Shown one piece after another: positions 19,201 to 31,200 of a stretch of 55,526 bases of DNA. Within the stretch, counting starts at the first letter, position 1. Each line of letters begins with the position of its first letter. The translations under genes were made by a program, and so were the position numbers. A model generated the notes under the pieces. It was not told where the DNA came from. It searched no databases and saw only the letters and a program-made list of their open reading frames with translations. Source of the stretch: a virus; the IMG/VR virus record IMGVR_UViG_3300022664_000329, positions 1 to 55,526 of that record. One strand, 5' to 3'.

Positions 19201-22200
19201 AAAATATCGCCAAGAAAAATGAGCCTTTCATCCGCGCTCTGCATGAGGAAATTGATGCGCTCGGCCCCGCCCGCACCGCCGCTATCAAGGCGCAAAAGAA
19301 AGCGCTGCTGGATAAGATCCGTGCGCTGCAGGACGAAGCCGATGCACTTGACCGCAAAATTACCAACGCATTTGAAGGCGCCCAGGCGCAGCTCCTGGAC
19401 ACAATCATTGAACGGGCCAAGGCCGAAGGTCTGTTTATTGACGACGCAGAGTCGGAAGAGGTTTATGAGCTGTATTCGACGCTACAGGAAGGACGTTCTC
19501 ACGACCCGCTCTTTATCGACGGGAAAATCCCGGAAGATTACGTCAATACCTGGACTGTCCCGCTGGCCGAGCAGATTCTGGATGAACTGCGCGCCCAGCA
19601 GCCTACCGGCGATGCGTATCCCGTCCCCAACAGTTCCGGCGTGTACAATGAGAAGCAGAAGAAAGCCGAAGTGATTAGCTTCCCGCAAAACAAAGCTTTT
19701 GACGCGGCCGTCTATGTCTTGCAGGTCGGTCCCGAAGAATGGATTTCGGCCGAGGACGTTTCGCTCAAAACCGGCAGCTATGCGGGACAGAGCTCGCCGC
19801 TGACGAAAAATCCGGTTTTCCCGACGCGCAAAGCCGCGCTGGCCGACGCGTTGAAAACGGTGCAGCAGTTCGGCGAAAGCAATGCCCGGGATGCCAGTTC
19901 GCCTGCAACCGACAAATCGCGCAAGGCCGCCGCCCAAATCGCTCAATGGGCCGAAAAGCAATACCTGGAGCTTTATCCGCCGTCGCAGGCGCCGTCGCAG
20001 GCGGTCGCCGTGACGACGGGGCTGAAGAAGACTCCGGAAACGGCGCCGCCGCCAATAATCAAACGGATTCTTGATATTTACGGGAGATATCATTACGTCG
20101 ACCAAAACGAATTGCAGGGCGATAGAACCATTCTTAAAACTTATAATAGCCGCGGAGAGCGCCTGCTCGCCGGAGGCGGAATCCACAGAGGATATATCGT
20201 TAATCAGGAAGACACCAGCGCCGTCGAGAAGGCAAGGAAAGTGGCGAGGTTGAGGAGTCTCGAAACCAAGGCGCAGAAAGAAATGTTGACGGATGGGGAA
20301 ATAAAAGAAACCAAAAGTCTCATTGCGGAAATCTACAACAAACCGGTTGAAAAACCCTCCGAACCTGCTACAATCCCCGACGTGACACCCCCCAAGGGGA
20401 CGGCCGACATACCCGCCAAGATAACCCCACAGGCCGAGGCGTGGAAAGACAAAATAGAAGCAGATGTAAAAGACGGTTGGTATATTCATGGTAGAAGGGG
20501 CACGGATGATCTTCTTTCTGAATTTAAAAAGCATGAAATATTTGTGTCAAAAGAGGCCGATGTTGCAGAAGATTATGCTGGCAACAAAGGTTCAATTTGG
20601 CAGCTAAGACCAAAGAAAACGGCAAACATCTTAGATGCGACCGACGACATTCAACGAACCGAAGTTGTCGATAGGTTAAAAGAACAGTATGAAAGCGGTG
20701 ATCTTAACAACGGCGCATATACTAAGCTCTCGCAAGAGATTGATGACGAAATTGAATCCTACGGCGAAGGCAAAGCATGGGAAAGAATATCTGAATCACT
20801 AAATCCGAAGGATATCGTTGAAGATGAGGGATTTTATAGCGATACTGACTTTGTAAATTGGCTTTACGAAAACTTTGAATACGATTTTGTTTCAACAAAT
20901 CGCGGAGGCGTTGCCTATAATCCAGATGCTTTCGATCTAAAGAAATTCAACCCTAACCCATCCCGCCCCCCGGAGGTTGGGGGGCAGTCTGTAAACCTGT
21001 CCACTGAAGATCTGTTTGGGGCCGTTGAAAAAGCCGTGACGACGGGGCTGAAACCGAAAAAGGCCGCCGCCCTGCCGCCCGAAATGCCGATCATCCGCGC
21101 CCGCCTTCAACACCTGAAAAGCCTGGGCGTAAACACCGCCGGATATGATGAATGGGTAAAGGTTATGGAATCCGGCGACGCCGCGGCGCTGGCCAACGAA
21201 CCGCCGGCACAAGATACCCTGCGCGCCATCAATCTGACCATTGCCGAGGAAGAAAAAATATTAAAGGCCCAGGCCCAGGAGAAAGGATTCGGCGCGGGCA
21301 ATACGCTCTTTACCGAGGACAAGGCGGCTAAGGCCCGGGCGATTCTCAAGGCCAAGTTGTCCGGCGCGCAGCTCAATGCCGGCATTGATCCGGAAATCCT
21401 CACGGCCGGCATCGACCTGGCCGGGTATTACATCGAAGGCGGCGTGCGCAAGTTTGCGGACTTCACTGCAAAAATGGTGGAGGATATCGGCGAGCAAATC
21501 CGGCCCTATCTCAAGTCGCTTTACCTGGCCGTGCGCAATTATCCCGGCTTCGACAATGCGGGAATGGAGACGGAAGCCGATATCGAAAAGTCCTTGACCG
21601 CCGCCGCCGCCACAGATAAAATCGCCGCGAAGGGAGAAAAAAGCCATGCCGATTCATCTGACCTTGACGCCGGAGCAGCAGGAAACGCTCCAGCGGTTGC
21701 AGCCTCTGCTCGACAAGCAGAACAAAACGCCGGAAGATTACCGGAAGATGTCCGAGCTGTTGTATCCGGAATTGAAGGCCAAGCTCGCCGCGAAGGGAGT
21801 GAAGTTCCCCAAGGCGTAAATCTCCCGGCGGAGATCCAGGCGCACGCCGAGCAGTACCTCTACCATGCCACTTACGCGGAAAAAATCGCCGGCATCAACG
21901 CCGCCGGCCTCGATCCGACCAAATCCAACCAATACATTTACGGCAACGACACGACGAAAAGGGTGTACCTTTCCCCGGACCAGGAGTTGTCTCTCGCGTT
22001 CGGCGACGTGCTTTTGCGCGTCCGGCGCAGCGCTCTGAATCAAAAGCTCCTCAAGGAAATCGCACGCCAGGGCGGTCAGGAAGTCTGGTATTTCGACCGC
22101 ATCGCCCCGTCGCTGATCGAACGCCTCACCCCCCGCGGCGAATGGGCCGCCCTGTCTGCGCAAACGGAGAAGATTCCGCAAAGCGTGGCCGTGACGACGG

Positions 22201-25200
22201 GTGCCAAAACGCCGAAAACAAAAGAATCCCCCTACATGGCCGCGGTCGGACTGATTTCCGGCGGCCGCGCGGACCGCGCCGTTGCCCGCGGTTATGTTTT
22301 TGCCTATGGCCCGGCGGACGCCGCCACCCAAAGTGAAATGGTAGGCCTCTTTTCGGGTCTGGCCGCCGATAAGCTCATCGAGGCGGGGATTACGATAGAA
22401 CGCAAAACGCCCGCCGCCTTCAAGAAAGGCGACCGCGTGGTGATGAAAAACGGCCGCCACGGTGAAATTATCGCCGATGAAAGCTACACGATGATCGCGG
22501 CCACGATCTTCGGTGGGCAGAGAAACGTCGAGCGCTACGAAAATTACCGCGTCCGCACCGACGCCGGCGCAGAATTCGGGATGATCAAACCGGAGGACCT
22601 GACGAAGGAAACGGAAAAACCGGCCGAACCGGTGGTTCCGGACATAAAACTCATAGACGGTCATTTTAACGAACCGGACCGTGTTTTAAACCGAATCGCC
22701 CTGCATCAAAGCAATGAACAGAAAAAACGTGCTTCCGCACAACGGGCGCGAAAGCAGGATAACATTGATAAATTATTAGAAGCCGCAGAAAAAGAAAAGC
22801 GAATCGCTGCTGGTTTGCGCGCCCGCTATGACGAATGGGCCGCAAAGTATCCGGACGAAGCGGCCAAGCACGCCCCGGCCAAGACGCTGCCGCCCATCGG
22901 CCAGGTGCATCCGTCGATCCGGGAGAAGTATGCGGCAAAGCCGACTGCCGCAGCAGCAAAAGCATATCCGGACTTGACCGTGTCCGGTCACCCCAAACCC
23001 GTGCCGGATCATCCGGATGCCTCTTATGTGGTTCATATCCGCAAGCCGGACTTGATCCCTGACACTTTCCGCGTCGTTGTGTCTGCACAACGCGCGGCAG
23101 GCGGCGGTTTCCTGACGCAGGCCGGAACGGGCATGACTCCGGAACAGGCGTATGACAATGCCCTGGCCAACTACGACAGGACCATTGAAACGCGGCGATC
23201 CTCCACCAACCAGGACGCTGAGAGCGTCACGAACACAACCACACCCGTTGACAACGAAAAAACAAACGATTATAATAAGATTGAACAGGAGGCCCAAGAT
23301 GCCCCATCTGACCGACACGATACAGACGAAACATCGTCTGAAGATGATCGAGCAGGCGCTCAAGGACCAGGCACCCGAGATGTATCAGCAACTTCAGACG
23401 AAAGGTCAACTTCCGGAGTATCTCAAGGAACGCGACGCGCTGATGATGAACACGTTCGAGGTCCTGTTCGTGGAACTCTGCAAGCTGCCATCCGACACGA
23501 ATCCGACCTATCAGGAACAAGTCCAGCACCTGACTTCCGCACGCAACCGGGCGTGGGAAGAAACAATGGCGACGTGGCTGACGTTCAGCGATCCGCAGCC
23601 GGAGAGCGAACCGACCATGTCATCACCCCCGGCGCCATAGACCGTACCGGTTCCTGGTTCCAGACCGCCAAAAACAATCTCGACATCATCGAACTGGCAA
23701 AAAAAATCCAGACGGAAAACCGTCCGGCAACGCCCACCGAACAGGCGCTGCTTGCCCGCTATACGGGCTTCGGCGCGTCGGAAATCGCCAACCGGATGTT
23801 TCCCGGCTGGGCCGAAGCGGGCGAGATTCAACTCTGGCGCGCCGATCAAAAATGGAAGCCGCTGGTGGAACGCATGCAAAAGCTGTTTTCACCCGCGGAG
23901 ATCGCCACGGCCGCCCGCTCTACGCAATACGCGCATTACACCAGCCCGGCCATTATCGATTCGATCTACAAAGCGCTTGACGGCTTCGGCTTTCCCGGCG
24001 GCCGCGTCCTGGAACCGGGCATGGGCGTGGGCTCGTTTTTCGGTCTGATGCCGGAATCGATGCGGACGACAACAAAATATACCGGCATCGAAATGGACGG
24101 GATTACGGCGCAGATCGCCAAGCTCTTATATCCTCGCCAGAATATTATTGAAGGCGATTACACCAAGGCGCAGTTTCCAAATAATTATTTCGACCTGGCT
24201 ATCGGCAATCCTCCGTACGCCAAAACGATGATATTGGCCGATCCGGATTACAAGAAGCTGCGGTTGTCGCTGCATGACTTCTTTTTCGTCAAATCCCTGG
24301 ATAAAATCCGCCCCGGCGGGCTCATGGTGTTCATCACGTCGCGCTATACGATGGACAAGGTGGACAGCCGCGTGCGCAAAATCCTCAATGAAAAGTCCGA
24401 CCTCCTGGGCGCCGTCCGCCTGCCGCAAACGGCATTTGCAAAAAACGCCGGCACGGAAGTGGTAACAGACGTGATTTTTCTGCGCAAGAAAGTCCCCGGC
24501 GAAAAAAGCGCCGGGATGATGTGGGGCGAAGTCGCCCCGGTTACTACGCCGGAAGGCGATTTCCGCATCAATGAGTATTACCTGGCCCACCCCGAAATGG
24601 TTCTCGGCGATCATTCCGGCCGCGGCACAATGCAAAATTCCCGCGATCCGCAATACACGGTCCTGCCCCGCGAAGGCAATATCGAAGAGGCGTTTGCCCA
24701 GGCCGTCACCCATCTGCCCAAAGCCGTCTATTCCCTGATCAAAGCCGCGCCGGCGGTGCAGGAAGCCGCCGCGATCGAAAGGGACTTCAATCCACAAAAC
24801 AAGAAAGAAGGCGGCTTGTATCTGTCCCCCAACGGCCAGGTGATGGTCACGGAGTCCGGAGCCGGTGTGCCGATTACCGCTATCGCCCCGAAACTGTCAG
24901 ATAAAGACAGGCGCTGGTTGACGTCCTATATCACGCTCCGGGACGCGGTGAAGCAATGCCAGTATGACCAGCTCACCGACGGAGACTGGGAGTCGTCGCT
25001 CAAGGAACTCAACAGGGTGTACAAGGCCTTTAAAATGGCCTGGGGCCGCATCAATGCGTTTACGATCACTGAACGCAAATCCACGGACGAAGACGGAAAG
25101 GAAATCACCATCCATCTGCGCAAATTCGCCAACAGCCGCCTTTTGCGCCTGGATGTCGAATCGCCGCTGGTCATGGCGCTCGAAAAGGTGACGGAAGATT

Positions 25201-28200
25201 TCCAGATCGCCGACGGCCCGTTTCTTTCCAGCCGCACGATTAAAAAACCGGAACCGCCGCAAATCTCCACGGTCGCCGACGCCCTGGCCGTTTCGCTGAA
25301 TGAAAAGGGCCGGCTCGATCTCGCGCATATCGCGTCTCTCATGGGCGCCAGCGAAGCCGATGTCTTCGAGCAGCTGGGCGATCTGGTCTATGACACTCCG
25401 GATAAAGGCATTCAACTTGCCGACGCCTATCTGTCCGGCAATGTGGTGAAAAAGCTGGAGGAAGCCAAGGCCGCCGCGAAAATCGATCCCAAGTACGAAC
25501 GCAATGTGCAGGCGCTGATCGCGTCTTTGCCCAAGCCGCTGACCGCTAAAGACATTACGCCTTCTCCCGGCGCAACCTGGATTCCGCTGCCCGTGTATAA
25601 CGATTTTTTGCACGAGGTGCTTGAACTGCCCGAAAGCGCAGCCGCCGATCATTCCCCCGCCGACAACCAATGGACAATTTCCGGCCTGCCCGTGCAGTCG
25701 CAGCGCGGCCGCGCCTCCGCATGGTCATCACCCGACCGCGGCGCAAATGAAATTTTCTCTGCCGTTCTCAATAATGCGACGCTGAAGGTCTATAAGACGG
25801 AAAAAGTCGCCGGCGTTGAGAAGACGTATCTGGACCCGGCCGCGACGGCGCAGGTCAACGATATCGCCAAGAAGATGAAAATCCGTTTTCGCAACTGGGT
25901 ATGGGAAAACGCCGGCCGCGCGCACGAGCTCCTGAATATCTACAATTCCACCCGCAATAATATCGTGCCGCGGCGCTTTGACGGTTCGCACCTGACGCTG
26001 CCCGGCGTCTCTTTGCGCTTTAAGCTCATGCCGCACCAGAAAAACGCGATCTGGCGCATCATCCAGGACGGCAATACCTATATCGCCCACGCCGTCGGCG
26101 CAGGCAAGACGTATGAGATGGTCGCCGCCGGCATGGAAATGAAACGCCTGAGCCTGATTTCCAAACCGCTCTATGTGGTGCCCAACCATATGCTCCAGCA
26201 GTTTGCCAACGAGTTTCAGGAACTCTATCCGCTGGCGCATGTGATGGTGGCGGACGAGGAAAACTTCCATACGACGAACCGCCGCCGTTTCATGGCGCAA
26301 GCCGCCCTCAATAATCCCGATGCGATTGTGATCACGCATTCCGCTTTCGGTCTGTTAAAAATGAAGCAGGAAAACATCCTGCCGGTGCGCAATGACGTCG
26401 TCTCTGAAATGCAAGCCGCACTGGATGATCTCGAAGGCGATAAAAAAGCCAACCGCATCCGCATTAAACAGATGGAGGCGCGCATCGAACAGACCGAACA
26501 ACGTTTTGAATCCATGATCGCCCAGGGCGACAACGTCATTACGTTTGAAGATATGGGCGTTGATTTTCTGTTTGTGGACGAAGCCCACCAATTCCGCAAG
26601 CTGGATTTTACGACCAACCGCCAGGCCAAGGGCGTCGATCCGTCCGGGTCGGTCCGCGCTATGATGCTCTACATTAAAACACAATGGCTGGACCGTCAGA
26701 ACCCCGGCCGGTCCCACGTATTTGCCTCCGGCACGCCGATTACCAACACGATGGGAGAACTCTACACGGTAATGAAGTTTTTCGACATGGACGGGCTCCG
26801 GCGCGACGGCCTGGACTATTTCGATTCCTGGGCCGCGGAATACGGAGACATGAACTCCGCGCCCGAGATGAACGCCGCCGGCCGCTATGAGATTGTCGAT
26901 CGCTTTTCCCGTTTTGTGAATGTGCCGGAATTGATGAGCCGGGTCCGGTCGTTTATGGACGTTCTGACGTCCTCGCAGCTCGGCGCTTTTGTGAAACGGC
27001 CGAAAGTGCGCGGCGGACAGCCGACGATCGTGGTGACGCCGGCATCCCCCGCCCTCAAAAACTACCAGACGAATGTCCTGCTGCCGCGCATTGAGAGCAG
27101 CAAGAACTGGAAACCGAGTAAGGAGGAGCCCGGTAACCCCGACCCGCTCATCAATATCATCACGGACGGCCGCCTGGCGTCGATCGATATGCGGTTCGTC
27201 GCCCCCGGTTCTCCCAATGATCCGGACAGCAAACTCAATAAGTACATCGACAAGATTATTGAGCATTACAAGGAAACCGCAGGCCATACCTATCTGGACC
27301 CGGCCACGGGCCAGAAAAGCCCCGTTCGCGGCGCGGCGCAAATCTGTTTCTACAATCACGGATTCGGGCGCGGTGTGGCCTCCAGCCGCGGATTTGACGC
27401 CCGCGCCTGGGCCATGCGCCGCTTCAAGGAGGCGGGCATCCCGGTCGATGAAATCGCCTGGATTGACGATTTCGACACGGCCGCCAAAAAAGAAGCGGTG
27501 ATGAAAGAGGTCCGCAACGGCCACAAACGCATCCTGATCGGTTCGGCGAAGAAAATGGGCACGGGCATGAATGTGCAAACCAGGCTTTCTCACATGACGT
27601 ATCTGGATCCGCCCTGGTATCCGTCCGACGTCGAACAGCCGGTCGGCCGCATTCTGCGCCAGGGAAACCAAAACGAAGAAGTCGGCATTTTCTATTTTTC
27701 GACCAAGGGCAGCTATGACGCCACCATGTGGCAGATGGTGACGCGCAAGGCCAAATTCATTGAAGACGCTTTGGCCGGCGGCGGCGCCCGCGCCATCGAG
27801 GATATTTCCGAGTCGTCGCTTTACGAAATGGCCGCCGCCCTGGCCTCCGGCGATGAGCGCGCCATCCGTCTGGCCGGACTCAGAAACGAGATTGAAGGGC
27901 TGGAAAATCTGCGCTCCGCGCACTATCACACGCAGACGAATCTCCAACGTGAAAAACGTCTGTATGAAATCGGCCATCCGGGAAAAAAAGCGTATGTCGC
28001 CAAACTGGAAGCGGCGATGCAAAAAGTACCGTTCGATCTGCGATATTTATCCGCTCAGCATCCGATCAAGGCCAAACTCGGCCACCGGGACTATACGGAC
28101 CGCAAAGCTTTCGCCCAGGATCTCCTGGCGAAGATCGTGGCTCTGCGCAATGCCGGCACGGCAGGCACGACACCGATCGGCCATTTCTTCGGGCTGGAGT

Positions 28201-31200
28201 TGCGTGTTGTGCAGGCGCAGGGCGGAAACACGGAAGTGTGGGACCGCAGCGGACAGACGGAATTAATCCCCGGAAAGGTGGTCAATCAGCTCCAACTGCG
28301 CATTACGGATGATGTGATCTATGACGTCGCCAGCGATATCACGGATACGTCCGACGCGCCGGGCCTCGTGACCCGGCTCACGAACCGCGCTAAAGCCGTG
28401 CCTTCCGATCTGGCTCAGGCGAAACAATCACTGGAAGAAACCGAAACGGAACTTAAAAAGATCAACGCCCGTCTCGGCGCGCCTTTTGAGCTGGCGCGTG
28501 AACTGGAAGAAAAAATCGCCGAAGCGGCGCAGATTGACGCCGATCTGGTCCGCGAAGGACAGGCCACCGCCGCCGCACAACAACAGCAGCACACTGCGCC
28601 GGCGCAAACACCCGATCAGACTCCGCCCGACACTTCCGGGCCGATGCTTTCGCTCGAAGAAACTCCGATATTTTTCTCGCAGATGTCCCGCGTGCTCCAG
28701 GCGAAGCTCCCCGGCTCCGGAACGCCCGAACAGTACCGCTCCGCGATTGTCTCCTGGGCCAACAAGGGCGAATTCAAGGCCGACGAGTTGAAATGGTCCG
28801 GGCTCACCGACTGGCTGGTGGCGCAAAAAGGGAAGCTCGCCAAACAGCAGGTGCTCGATTATCTGGCGGCCAACGAAGTGCAGCTCCGGGAAGTGCATCT
28901 CTCCGACACCCCCTCCGATCCGCAGCTGGACCGTCTGAAAAACGCCTTTGCACAAGCCGAGGAGGGCGTACGGGCTATCGAGCAGGCGCTGGGCGCCCGT
29001 CCCTATATGTCCGGTGCGCCTCTGCGCTGGATGTACCGGCCGGACGACGAAGCGCCCCGGAATGTGCCGAAGCAGTATTTCGACACGCTGGACCGCTGGT
29101 CGGAAGCAAGACTCGACCTGGATGATTACCAGGCCACCCATGAAGGATTTTTTGAAGAAGATGAGGAAAGCACCGGCCGTACGCAATACTCTAATCAACA
29201 ACTTCCCGGCGGAAAGAATTACCGGGAACTGCTTTTGACGCTGCCGGAAAAGAAAACCGTCCCCACATTGAAGCACTCTTACCGTTCCGCCCATTGGAAC
29301 ACGCCCAATGTTCTGGCGCATGTGCGCTATAACGACCGGACGGATGCCAACGGGAACCGCGTCTTGTTTCTGGAGGAAGTCCAATCCGACTGGCATCAGG
29401 AAGGCAGAAAAAAAGGGTATGCTGACGACAAAATTACCAGGACGCCGCCGACCCGGGACGAAATAGCGCAAGAGATTTATGGTGCGCGATATGCGGACCT
29501 GGACACGGTAACGCAAAGCGCCGTCGATGGAGAACTTGACGCCAGAATTCATGGCACCGGCGGCGCCGCGCCTGCGACCAGCGGCATCAGTTACGTTCCG
29601 CCTGCGCCGTTTGCCAAGACCTGGCATGAGCTGGCCATGAAGCGGATGCTGCGCTATGCGGCTGAAAACGGCTACGACAAGGTGGCTTGGACCACGGGCG
29701 AACAGCAGAACGAGCGATACAATTTGAGTAAGCATATCGAGAGTATTGGTTACCACAAAAGGGGCGATTTGTTCGCGCTCACCGTTTGGGATAAAAAAGG
29801 CAAGGCTATATACCAAAATCAATCAACCACGAAGCAAGAGGTTGAGAACACCATCGGCAAAGAAATGTTGCAAAAGATGGAAGCCAATGTCGGACGCCGG
29901 GAAAATGGGAATTTTTACATTGAAGGTCTCGACCTGAAAGTCGGCGGCGAAGGAATGAAGGGCTTTTACGATACGATCCTGCCCGCCTTCGTGAATAAGT
30001 ATGCGAAAAAGTGGGGGGCGAAAGTCGGTACAGCGGATATCCGGACGGAAGCATTAAACAGGACGCCTGGAGCAGCTAAAGCTGATACGGTATCCGTGCA
30101 CGCGATCGACGTCACGCCCGCGATGAAAGAGTCCGTCCTGACCGGGCAGCCGATGTTTTCGCGCCAGGATAAAACAGCCCACCGGCGCCCCCATCGTCTG
30201 GGCGACGTGGAGCTGGATGAGATGGTGCAGCAGCTCGCGGCGCTGCTCAAGGGCGTGAAAATTGTCAAACACGGAAACGAAATCCGGCTCAAAACCCGAT
30301 CCGGTGAGGAAGTCCGGATCGAATCCGCCGAGCAGATCGATCCGGACACCATCGCGCTGGCCATCAAGAAGCATTATTCGCAGGATAAGAAGCAGACGCC
30401 GCAATCCGGCGCAGGCGTGGCCGGTATGTATTCGGCGGGCAAGATCACGCTGGTGGAGGATGTGGCGGGCATCTGGACGCTGTCCCATGAGTTTTATCAT
30501 TTCCTCGAAGACATCGGCGCGATATCCAACGCCGACAAGGCAACGCTGAACCGCAAAATTGCATATCTCGTCACGTCTCAACCCGAAACCTATGGCTATC
30601 TGCAGGAGCGGTCGCTCCCCGAACAGCGGGCCGATTACGTGGGCCGCACGCTCACGGGCATGTATGACGCGACGACGCCGACCGGCACGATCCTGGCGCG
30701 CATCCGCGAAGTCATCGACCGCATTCTCAACGCGCTCGGCATCCGGACGGCCCGCGGCATCCTGCGCGATATTGAAACCGGGAAGATTTATAAGGACCAA
30801 GGGGAAAGGAACAAGGGGCAAGAGAAAGGGAAAACTCCCCTCCTCCGGCAGGATATTGACAACATCCGGGAACGGGCTTATACTTATGGTGAAGGAGGTA
30901 AGCATGAGACATCTGTATCCGATTCCGGATTCGACGGAGAAGGTAGCCGGCAGTATCCCGGACGAGACGCCGCCTTACGGTTCCAGCCGACCGTCGTCGG
31001 CCGCGAAAAGAAAGGCTCCATCCCGGCCGCAGGACGCATCGTCCGAACACCACACGACGCCGCGAAAATCGCAGCAACGTATCTAAACAAGTATCCAGAT
31101 GAACACATGATTTCCCTTGTCCTTGATGCCAAGGGCAAGGTCATCTCCGTGTATCATCACACCAGCGGCCTGCCCGGAAACTCCCAGGCATCGATGCCGA

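Noticed and set aside
19219-19674. Other alternative-frame ORFs inside the giant gene (e.g. 19219-19674, 27073-27501, 27760-28266, 30559-30903) considered as further embedded genes
   Set aside because: Their translations are Arg/Ser/Pro-rich shadows with no SD. The giant-frame translation over them has normal domain-like composition. Only 21646, 23299 and the signal at 30856-30906 stood out.
23273-23278. TAATAA double stop just upstream of the embedded TnpV-like ORF, considered as the true end of an upstream gene
   Set aside because: It is in frame 2, which is closed by several stops further upstream (e.g. TGA at 23060-23062). It therefore cannot terminate the giant frame, which is frame 3.
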